A DNA stretch of 64,000 bases. Origin: Lingula anatina. Lineage: Eukaryota; Animalia; Brachiopoda. Every line of letters starts with the position of its first letter. The first letter of the stretch is position 1. The DNA lies in the NCBI GenBank assembly GCA_051362555.1, contig CM120641.1, positions 23,442,401 through 23,506,400 of the forward strand, given 5' to 3'. The translations under genes were made by a program, and so were the position numbers. Under the pieces are notes generated by a model. That model was given only the letters and a program-made list of their open reading frames with translations, ran no database searches and was not told the origin of the DNA. Of this stretch, positions 53,201 to 64,000 are shown in pieces.

Positions 53201-54429
53201 TTTATCATGACATACCCGCGTAGATATGTTGTGATCAGTGCATCTTAATGATTTGCTACAAGAAATGTGCCCTTTGCCATCTGTCTTCACACATCTGCCA
53301 CCATATTGTTGGGTTACTTAAATCAGTACATGGAGAGTGGTGGTTAGAACTAGGAAAATGCATTAAGATGGAGATAGTGGTATTGATGCCCTAGGGAGGT
53401 CTCTCTTTGCCATCAGTATCATCTCTCTCATTAGTCCTGGTAAACTCCGCAGACCAGAAAGTCTTAAACCCGGAGCACAGATGGCACTTTTCTAAGTGCC
53501 ATTATCAACTTGGGAAGAGTCCTTTTCTTAGAACTGTATCTTTGTTTTTTTCCTGGGATTTTTCGAAATGAAAACATTTTAAAGCATTGTCACCCGATAT
53601 TCTTATCAGAAAAGTTGGAAAAGAAGTTCTCGCTAATCAGAAGAGCAGACGTTCCCAGTATGACTCCCTTAACGTCTAGATTGGCTCATCTAAATGCCAT
53701 CATTTATGTGACAGTTAATGACCATTAAGTAAATCAGTCAAATAGCTTTCCTCTCCATACATCAGTATAGGTAGTTCAGAGTCCCCCATGCAGCCAGACA
53801 TAGTCTCAGTCTCGGTCTCATCCTTCATGCTAGTCACACATAGGCTGATGTGAGAAATTGCTCGCCACGCTCTAGTAATGTCTTGTAACTTGTCACCAAG
53901 GTGTTCAAATAGCTCTGTGTGGGTGTGTTCTGCATATTTCATGCAGTGCTGTAGATCACAACCTAGATATTTAATATAATTCTCTGTTTAGGAATTTATG
54001 CATACACCATTGATAATGAAGTGGTATGTGTACTGGAATATCTTCAATGTTTAAGGTATTTTCATACCAGAGCACATAAACCTCAGAAATGGAATCACTT
54101 CAGCAAACAGCTACACATGCCATGGCGTTGTGACCCAAATGTCCTCCTCCTTTATGCCATTACAAAATCTGTTTGAACAGTGAAAGGTTTGCCACTGTAC
54201 AATAAACATTAATCTTAAGGAACAGGAATTTGAGACCATGAAGTACATAAAATAACAAGATGTAAAAACCGTGTGGCAGCATAAAGGACGGGATGAAGTA
54301 GAACTGGTCCATATTGGTGTAGCTTCTAATGTAATCCAGGATAGCTAAATATACATGTACCTTCATAATGAAGGGTTATATATCTTTCTGAAATGTGCAG
54401 TTATATACATATGATCTATTTATTTCCAG

Positions 54430-54571
54430 TTTGTCCTGGAAGTTGCTCAAGTCTTTGCCATGCAAGTATGCCTGTAGCCTGCTGCTGCTGCTGCCACCTC
54501 ACTAAGCTTCAGCCTGGCCACTTGATTCACTGATAGTGTGCACCCTCCCGAACCCACAGCTTACAGTCAAG
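54430..54571 (+). other. Candidate 5' UTR exon of neurabin containing uORFs
   Basis: tatttccag| acceptor, AAG|gtaagg donor, GC-richer than flanks. Confidence 0.5.
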
Positions 54572-55876
54572 GTAAGGTCTCGTATTCAAACACCAGGTAT
54601 TGTTATTATTAACACAAGACAGTCAGTCTATGCCACACACTGTCAGGATACCCGACACAGATCAGATTACATGGCTTACATAGAAATCATGAGTCTACAT
54701 AGGAGGAAACATACTCTGGTTCACACACACATTTCAGTGTGATGGCTGATTGTGTGTGTTTTATGGAGTACATGCTTAGCTTCTCTGGTGCATAGAGAAG
54801 TGATGAAGGTTATTGTGCTCCAGCACACAAGTATGCAGAGGGGCAATTCTTTATGCCAAGGCTGATGTAGTTATGCCCCTTGTTGCCTGCGAGCAGTTTT
54901 GGAAGTCATCAGAAACTTGTGGTAAAATAAGTCAGCTGTGTATGGAGTGGTTTCTTTTAGTGCTAGTATATGACCTGAGATAGAATTGAGTTAACATAAT
55001 GCGTTTGGCCTGGTGCTGCTTTTAGTATTGATGAAAAGAGATGAAGGTAGGAGGGTCAGGTTAATAGAATGGGAAGAGTAAGTGTAGTTCATTGTTCTCA
55101 GTATGCATTGCGTGCTCACCAAGGATGAGTTTGAAATAAATGAGTGACTTATTTACAGACGACTTGTTAATATGTAAGTCTATGCAGTAACCTGGGTGTA
55201 CTGTGAACTCTTATGTACGCCCCCTTGTGGTTATCTAGACTAGCTTCAAACTTGTTGTTGTTTGGACTAGATAATGTTATGCTTTTGTTCAGAATGTAAC
55301 ATACGCTTTCTCCTATTATTAGTCTCTTGTATGGATCGGACTGTAACTGATTTCTTTTATGTATTCCTACTTCATATAAAACTTGGTTTTAAGCCAAAAG
55401 TGAACCAGAGATAAGGTTATGTTGCTGAGCTTGATAAATGCCGGATATGGTTACTTTAAATAAATTGTGGATGATCTTGCAGGTTCATTTGTTGTGTGAT
55501 TTAAATTGACAGATTTGCCCATGAACTTTAAGCAGTGTGAGTGGATTTGACATTCTGGGTTTAATAAAACCAGCTTAGACTCATTGCCCGCCCACACGTG
55601 AATGAAAGATTGTAGACTGGCAAATAGATTAACTAAGTTTTCAAAACAGACTAAAATCACAACATTTTTTCTTTTTTGCTTGTTTGTTTGAAATTTCTTT
55701 ACCTAATGTTTTCTAACTTTTTATTTTTGCTTGCTTGTTTGAGATTTCGGTACTTAATATTGTCTCGGTTATTTATTAGTAGAACAATAGTATTAGTTGG
55801 TGTATCGGGATGTATGGATCAGAATTTTAATGTGTTATCTACTGTTTTAGGACCCTTCACTGGCCAAAGTGCAATA

Positions 55877-58800
55877 ATGGCGGACCTGCGTAGCCAAGTG
55901 ATTGCTGCTAGTAGAGTGCGGAGTGGCAGTCGTGATGGGCTCGAGCAGTTCGAAACTAAACCTTCAACGCGACATGTCAGGAGTTTTCAGGCAGCAAAGG
56001 CTAGGTTTGATAAACCAGAAAATGCAGAAACACAAAATACAGATCCTGGATATGGTAACCATGTTAGTCGGATAAAAACAATGTTTCAAGCAAATAAAGC
56101 ATTTCAGGATGGAAAGAAAGAAGTGCGCCCACGCAGCAAGTCAGAAGATGCACGTCGAACACCACTGGAACCCCGCCAGACTGCAGTGCCCAGGATGGGG
56201 GTGTCAGCACAGGGGGTTAATAATAATAATGAAGTTCAGAATACAGAACGCTCACCAGATGCCAAACGCAAAAGAATTCCAGACAGGAACTTCTTAAAGT
56301 CTACAGAGACCAAAAATGATCCATTGAAAACTTATGAAACAACGAGCCATCTTCAACGCTTTAATTTTACTCGTGCCATGTTTGCTAAGATGGAGGAAGA
56401 GAATCGTAAGAAGCAGGAACAGGAAGTGTCCTGGATGCGGCAGCATAGAATCAATGTCCACTCTCCACTACGTTCCCCAGAACCCTCCCCAAACAGGGCC
56501 GTCAGTCCTGCCTCGCGGCTGCGGTCACCCTCACAGGAGTCTATAGGAAAAATGCGTTCAACATCAGATCCATCAGAAATGGAAAAGATAGCTGATCATC
56601 ATGTGTCCACACATCCTCCAAAACGTGAACGCCTTGGCTCAGCAGACACCTTGGAAGATGCTAAAGACAAACACGCTACATACAATGGCAATAGCACAAC
56701 ACATCAACTAAACGATGTATCAGATAGGCTGGCAAGATACAAGGCAAGTAATATTACCAAATCAGAGGGGGATTTAACGTGTGCTTTTCAAAGAAGCAGT
56801 ATTACTGATGATGGCATTCCAAAGTACAAAGGACCCAAGCCTTATAACCCTCCACGGGGTATAGAGAGAGCACAACGACCAACTAGACTGTCTGACAGTG
56901 ATAGCAGTCAGGAACCCTCCCCACGGGTATCAACAACAACTGTTACCTTGGGAACACGGGGGTTACAGAATAGGTTTAATAACGAGTCTTCTCAACCAAA
57001 ACGGGATGAACCACAGCAGCCTCCACAACCTGCTCCGCGTCCACGTAAAGATAGCAATAGAGAGGAGGAGGACTCGAAACCCAATGCGCCCCAGGCAGTG
57101 GTCAGGTCGCTGAGTAAAGACGAGATCATGGCGTCTCTTCAGCAGGCAGATAGTTACTGGGATCGCACATATGGGATGTCTGATGGAAACAGGGACAATA
57201 AAGAAAGCACATCACAGGCCGAGCCTTCTCAAGCCACCGCCACCACCAGTAATACAACATCACCAGACGATGTGAAACTGAGGCCGTGGGCCAGATATAA
57301 AGCTCAAAGATACTCAAGAAGTTCAGAAAATGTGGACGATAAAGTGGGAGCCTCAGACTTGACAAAACTTGGTGAAATTTCTAACACCAGTGTGGGGTCA
57401 TATAGGAGCAGTCTAACTGACTTGACTGATAGTGAACTGAAACCCTCTCCTGTAACCAGCCCAGCAGAACAAGTGAAACCCATAGCCGAACCAAAACAGC
57501 AACAACCAGAGCCTACGGAAACAACTACCTTTCAATCCTCCATTAAGATCACTCCCAGTAGTCCAGTCCAGGACAGGGGTTCTCCTGGCCTGATGGGAGA
57601 AGTGGTCAGTAGTGACCAAGAGTGTAATGACCACCACAGAGATCATTCTATGCAAGAAACTAAACCATTGACAGTGCAGGTGAATGGCAGTATTGGTGAT
57701 CTAGGGATGAAGCCAGAGCCTAGCCCAGGGGCAAGCAGTGTGGATTCTATGACACCATCTGAACAGGAACATCTCCTGAGTATCAAGTAAGTCCATTTTG
57801 TTCTGCAGTATCAGTTCAGTTTTTCACAAATTGATACCTTTTTTTAAACTTTTCACTTTCTGTTTTTCATAATATAGAATAATATTTAGATGGTAAAATC
57901 AAGTACAACTTGCAAGAAATATGTTCTGTTATTGGTTCCGTGCTTATTACTATGCTTTCATATCCAAACCATTCTGTATTGAAAACATGATTCTGAAATA
58001 GTTTAGTTGACACATCAGTATATTATATTACATAATGTGACTGCCTGTTGTAAAAGCTCTTTTGCTGTTTAAAAAATGCATTTGAACTTTATGTTAAACT
58101 TTCCGGATTGGGTATATGGTGTTCAGGTGAGAATAGTGTTGACACGGATCACTGGTTCACAGTGGTGCCTATATCTAAATGTGTTACTACTGACACTAGT
58201 TGGTCTAAGGTCAGCAGTGGTATACATATTCCACCAGTATTGTATTCCAAGTGTTTTATCTGAGCTGCTGGCAGTGGTCAGGAAATAAAAGCTTATAAAA
58301 TGTCATAAATTATCCTAATAAAAAAGAGGTGGGGAAAGAAGGAGAAATTAAATAAAGTCTACCCAGATAGACAACGGTTGATTCCTGGTCAATTCAGTGC
58401 CCGAATTAGAGAGGACAATGTTGTCCTTTTAGTGGGGACAGAGAAAAATGTTTTTATGGTTTCTGACAGCTCACAGGTGGTGAGGAAAATGTCTCCCTGC
58501 TGGTTCGGCTTACTATCCCTCAGGGAAGGCACTCATTTTTTATCAACCAGGTGTGTTAACTCAGTCTTCTGAATGTGTGATAACATCAGTGATAGGATGG
58601 TTTTTAAACTGGAAAACATTTTGTACATATGAACAATCTTATAGTGGACAAAATTCATATGAGGACAAAAGGAATAACCTTCAGTGATAAACGACTGTTG
58701 TTGAGGATGATTTATGAACACAACAGTTAGGCAAGATCACTATCAGCTATATTTTCCCGTTCTCCATTTATCTATTTGGTGTGTTAAGGGCAAATGAAAA

Positions 58801-61800
58801 AGAAAAAAATACCTAAGCCAACCAGTTGGAGTTGAGAGGTGGTTCAATCAGGCTGATGCGCAATAAATTATCTTTGGTAAGATCGTCCATGTACAGACCT
58901 ACTGAGTGGGAAATTTGATATTAGAGTTTTTTTCCTCTATTCTTAAATTAGAACCAACAGACGTAAGATACTTTTTTAAGCTCTTACACATTCCTCTGAG
59001 ATTGGCAGTGGAGTTAAAAGTCATTACCAAGCAGTTCATTCACTGTCTGCTCTGTATTTTTGACCCGGAATGTGACTGATGTATCTGGGATTGCTTCCTC
59101 TGTCTCACCTAACACATTTACTTTACCTGGTAAACATTTTGTTGGGAGATGTTTAATAAAAGTCACAATATTTCCTTTGTGAGGACCCATATAGGAGTGC
59201 TTGAAGACTTTCCAGGATAACATAGGACATCGCTGATAGTGTAGTGGAAATTACAATAACTGTTGCCCATTAATTTATTTGTGTAAACACAATTATGAGT
59301 CTGTTATTAATGGGAATGTTAGCCGACAGTGATGTCAGTCTTTAAATCTTTGAATATGAAATATTTAAATGAAATAAATGTAAGCTTACAGCCACAATGT
59401 TGCGGTGAATAAAATCACAAACCTTTTATTACTTTTCTGAAGATTGATTATGACTTTTTGATGGGTTGCTTGGGAAGAAACCACAAAGGTCAAAGGAATG
59501 TAAATAATTGCTTACAGTTTTATTGCCTAGAAGTATTGCAAGGGGGTTTAATGTACCAGGTACTTTAACTTTCTACAATGCAGTTAAACTGTGTCAGTTT
59601 ATCTTTTCAATGTGAGGACTGTAGTTACCTGCTAGGTAAGTGATACTGGGCAGTACAGGTGCTGCTCCATAAAACTAACCCATTTATATGTGTATACCAG
59701 GGATGTAAAATTTACAATGTCCATTGAAAATAACTTTGTAATAAGATTTGTTCGAGTGGGCGGATGTTTATGAAAATACCAATATCCTAAGATAAACAGT
59801 CATTTGCGGTTTGTGATGTAAAGATGAGAAAATAGTTAACTGCTGTTGTAAACCTGAAGATCTCAGGAAATCGGCAGGTACTTCTTATATTCGTGTATGT
59901 GATGCCTATCAGCATAACCAGTTTGTGATTGTAAGGCAGTGATAACAAGTGATTAAAGGGCTGTCTCTGTCTAATAGGAGGCCATTCATTGAGGCATGTT
60001 TGTCTACCTATTAGCTCCATTGTGGTACTGTCACATAGCTTGATTTGATCAGAATGGATGCGATTTTTGTGGGTGTAATTAGTGCTGACCTGAGTGCTCT
60101 TGTTTTACATACAGTCGGTCCAAGGTGCTCATTTAATGCAGTTTTGTAAGAAGGAATGTCTGGAGTAAATTGGCAGAACAGAGCTGTTTTACAAGTGATT
60201 CTTGGCAGGGATCTAATAAGGAATGAAAGTGAATACTGGGACAAAAATTGACTTTAGTTAGTGACCAAAGCTTCAATTTTCACTCTCAAAATGATGGACA
60301 CTGTACTTAGTAGATATACAAGTTGATTCACTACAAGGAATATAAGGAATACTAGGATCATTCAACTACTGGTGAAAAGTGTCCCATCCCACCAGTGAGC
60401 AGCGTGCTGACTTTGTATGTGCTAGTAGAACAGTCATTAATTTTACTGAGTGAGGTATGGCCAGTTCAGAGGTTGCCCATCCTTTACCAGTGCCACTGGC
60501 ATCCAGGGAGACCCTGTATCGTATGATAGAGAGTCCACATGCAAGGCGGCGTATACTGACAGGGAACGCGGCACAGAGAGCACACACTCATACCCACAGG
60601 AGACAGCACACCAAAGCTGTTCATGGGTCCACGGGAGATATTATAAGGTACTGAACAGAGACATTAGGCAGAGAGTAAGGTTTGAATTATACGAAGTAGT
60701 GTGAAGATGTAGGAGAACAGGTACAAATGTGATGGGAGGTCATGATTAGGCTTGGCAACAACTCGTGTGTGCTGCTACTCATTATTACTTTTCACTTGGT
60801 TCAGCAGCTGAGATAAATTGAATTGATAGGAAAGGAAGATTTTTAGAATTTTTTTCTCCTGGGTTATGAATTGAGATCATTGCTGAATGCTCAAGCTTGT
60901 AGAAATTTGAAGTCAACCTTTTTTTATTTGTCCACATAATATCAATGAGTTACCACTAGTTAACTGACAGGTAAGATAATGTCCCATACTGTAAGGTCAC
61001 CAAAGGATGAATTATTTTGTTTGTTGTCTCCAGTGAAGACACACACCTGTCATTAACTGTAGCAGAGTAGTAAACAGCTTAACCTGTGGTACAAGAGAAA
61101 CCAAGAAACCTTAAATAACCAGAATACCCAAAAATCACATCTTCCTGTTGATACTTGCTGTTGTTTTATCTTTATCGGCTAATTTCATTTTCTTAGTCAT
61201 GGAGGTGAAGGCCCCAGTGTGTTTTATTTATATATTTATGGGTCAGTCAGTCATACAGGCATCAGAAAGGTAACCTGATGTTAACCTCCTTTTCCTGATT
61301 AATTGATCTGAAAAACTGGCAGTGATGTCCTAGACTGACATGCCAAGTTAAATTGAGTTTTAAAAAAAGCCATTTCACCTAGTCTACTGTTCAAAGGCTG
61401 TATTGAAAATTTTATTAAATTTGGCTATTATAATTGGAGATTTCATTTTCTGAAGTTGTTTTTTAGGATCACTTAGGCTTCGTTCACATGCAATGTCTAT
61501 TTTCTATTTTCTATTTTCTATTTTCGGTATGTCTTATGATCACGGTCTGTGCACTGAATATCCCGCCGCGTAATTACTGGCAGCGCGAGCCAGTTACTTA
61601 TAGTAACTTATAGTAACTGGCTCGCGCTGCCAGTAATTACGCCGCGGGATATTCAGTGCACAGACCGTGATCATAAGACATACCGAAAATAGAAAATAGA
61701 AAATAGAAAATAGACATTGCATGTGAACGAAGCCTTACTCATTAATTTTTACAGAGAAAAACCTCTTGTCCGAACATTAAGTTCATATTTGCATCTTGTA

Positions 61801-64000
61801 CCGGTCCAATTTGTTGTTTTCCAGGTAAATGGTTTCTTTGTGTCATTGTTCATTGTCTCGATTAAGAAATTAAACCAACTGGTCTACTCAGAAAGTTAAT
61901 TATTTGTCTGTGGCTGTCAGAATAGTTTCAAAATTACATTTGATGTGAAGATGTTATTTTCAAATCAGCCTTTTGTGCATGTTGTTGTTCACAGCTCAGG
62001 ATAAGAAATTCAATATGTTTTGTTAAACTGTGGAAGTGCTTATCTTTGGCAGACACACTGGTTGGAATATATCCATCCCATTTGTTGTGAAGATGTTGTG
62101 GTCCCAATCAGCTGTTTGTGTATGTTGTTGTTTTGGGGGTGCCAGGTGTTATTAAAGGGCCAGACTGATTACTGAGCGAGTGCCTTGCTCTGTAGCACTG
62201 CGCCAGGTGCAGCAAATTGACTCATTTACTTAACCTAGCACTGTACCTTCACTATATATTTTTTTTCTGAGGAAATGTCAGAAGATAAATCTTAAGTGGA
62301 TGATCAATCTCGGTGAGAGAAATATTAGTAAACAGCTGTGTACTCTGTGGGTGTCATCAGTACAGTTCTTGCCCAATACACCTTGAGTCACCTGGTTTCT
62401 GCTTTATACTACTACAGCCTCTGCTATAGCTTAGTACTAGCTTACACAGCACTGGATCTGGTCAGGCAGGACATCACAATGGCAATTTGTGTGGCATTTT
62501 CACTGGACGCCAATTGATCAGCCAATGCTGTCTTTTTACATAAACAATGAAGGATTTATTTGCCAGCTGCTGGAAAAAAGGATGTCGTATGTCCCCAGAC
62601 TTCACCGATTTCTTTCTAACGGATATCAATCTTGCTTCCAGCCAACCTGATATTCTTAATGAAGAAGAGGCAAACGAGGTAGTGCAGCTTTTAACGGAAC
62701 GAGAGGAAGGAGACGGACACGAGGAACCAGACGTACCTCACACGGATGGAGACTTGAGTGGGGAGGGTGAGTTATATTTCTGAGGAATGATACTGTGAAG
62801 TGTGGTGGGATTTTATAAGGAAAAACAGAGCAGAAATTTTTTATTCCAGCCAGATAAAGCACCTTCTCCTGATAGGGCTTTGTTCCCTCCTTTCCACAGG
62901 TCTGACACAGTACATCTCTCCAACTGTTAGAGGTAAGTCAGCATGCTTTGTGTGCATAGCTGTCACTAGCTGACCAATGTGACATGTGGATGTGTATAGA
63001 GATATTATATTGTTGTCATTATTGTTGTTTTTGTTGTTGTTGTCATCCTGTCAGCCTGTCATGGTGTTGTCGCCCCACAAGTGGTAGATAAAATTATATG
63101 TAGTGTTTTGAACAGCCACTAGATATAGTTGCCTTAGAAACAATTTTAAATGAAACGTTTTACTCCCATTTTGTATATTAATTATAGCTTATATTTGAAA
63201 AATGGTATATTTTTAACCTGTCAAGTTTATTACGATTTTGGTTTACCAAAAGTGCAGTTTGGGGTCAGTTTTGCTTCCTCCACAGTGAACTCAGTGAGTC
63301 ACTTGCATGTAGCCTTCATATTTCATTGCCATACCATTACCACTCAGGCACAGGCATACATAGAGCTCTGTCGAATATTCTAATAAATTTTTAGATTTAT
63401 TACTCATTTATGTCATATTATTAGTAAGGGGAGGGCAAATGAGGTCATGTTCAGAGCACAGGATTCTCTTCACATTGCAAAGAGAAATCAGAATCAAGAT
63501 CCATAGTACATATTATTTTATAAATTCTCAGCATGGAAATAGAATTATATCAGGGATGCAATGGTCAAACTTTTTTAATCCGAAGAACATGAACTTCCAT
63601 CTCAGTGTGTATTTATATGAAATCAACCCATATTGAAGAGATGTGCATGCCTTCCAGATAACTTCACTTAGAATTGATGTAGAATTATTTTTTGATTGTC
63701 CACACTAGATATGCATGGCATGCAGATAATGTTTAATTCACTAGGACAAACTCTAATTATCTTTATGAATAGGTTACAACCTATGTAAAATCTTAGGCTG
63801 TTAAAAGCAATTGTCTCATATTGCTTGGGGCCGTGCAATTTTATAATTCTTCACTCTTTTTTTTTTTTTTTCCATTTCTTTTTCCACAATGACCCAGGAT
63901 GATCCACAATGACAGGGTCTTTGTCAGATTGTTCTAACCATGCATGTCTCATGTGTCTCTTCCAGCAGATCAAACTACCGTTTCTCCTTACATTATCAAA
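55877..64000 (+). CDS. PPP1R9A/B: Neurabin/spinophilin (PP1 regulatory subunit 9 family), N-terminal part; continues beyond the window
   Basis: Large exon 55851-57786 (ATG 55877) with neurabin N-terminal actin-binding-region motifs FQAAKARFDKP, YGNHVSRIKTMFQ and HLQRFNFTRAMF; phase-2 donor AA|gtaagt joins exon 62642-62766 (QPDILNEEEANEVVQLL...), then 62900-62932 and an exon starting at 63966/63969. PP1-binding, PDZ and coiled-coil regions are not in the window. Confidence 0.8.
60457..60647 (+). CDS. Candidate alternative first coding exon of neurabin
   Basis: ATG in ggtATGG context, 191 nt open frame (MASSEVAHPLPVPLASRETLYRMIESPHARRRIL...GDIIR), AAG|gtactg donor in phase 2, matching the acceptor at 62642. 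Confidence 0.55.
61476..61734. mobile_element. 259-bp foldback MITE, PIF/Harbinger (Tourist)-type, in a neurabin intron
   Basis: 123-bp arms 61476-61598 and 61612-61734 are reverse complements with one mismatch; termini GGCTTCGTTCACATG; TTA target-site duplication at 61473-61475 and 61735-61737; internal CTATTTT repeats. Confidence 0.9.
62900..62932 (+). CDS. 33-nt symmetric small exon of neurabin (GLTQYISPTVR)
   Basis: ttccctcctttccacag|...AGAG|gtaagt, phase 1/1, open in the frame set by exon 62642-62766. Confidence 0.7.

Noticed and set aside
55676-55850. Hydrophobic N-terminus of the 704-aa ORF, suggesting a membrane protein
   Set aside because: T-rich intron sequence upstream of the acceptor at 55849-55850; likely start is ATG 55877.
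60872-60893. TGAGATCATTGCTGAATGCTCA resembles the bantam miRNA 5' end
   Set aside because: No complementary arm at pre-miRNA distance and the 3' half diverges.

Overview
AT-rich, intron-containing animal genomic DNA (invertebrate; a lophotrochozoan/mollusc is my inference from the protein sequences and the mosaic CpG pattern). Five protein-coding genes were reconstructed by reading splice sites by hand: the 3' half of an 8-cysteine tetraspanin (TspanC8, +), a complete flavin-containing monooxygenase (-, 542 aa), an intronless-CDS Frizzled-5/8 (+, 553 aa) inside a CpG-retaining, gene-poor domain of about 22 kb, a complete puromycin-sensitive aminopeptidase NPEPPS (-, 928 aa), and the 5' part of neurabin/spinophilin (+), head-to-head with NPEPPS. 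The best finding is a pair of duplicated 97-nt mutually exclusive exons in NPEPPS that swap the residue just before the GAMEN motif (Ala vs Leu; an S1-pocket determinant in other M1 aminopeptidases), with a candidate intronic RNA duplex that would hide one exon's 3' splice site. Also present: microexons in the tetraspanin and neurabin, alternative neurabin first exons, a 259-bp near-perfect foldback MITE with TTA target duplication, and tiny palindromic insertions. No database searches were run, so novelty is unverified.
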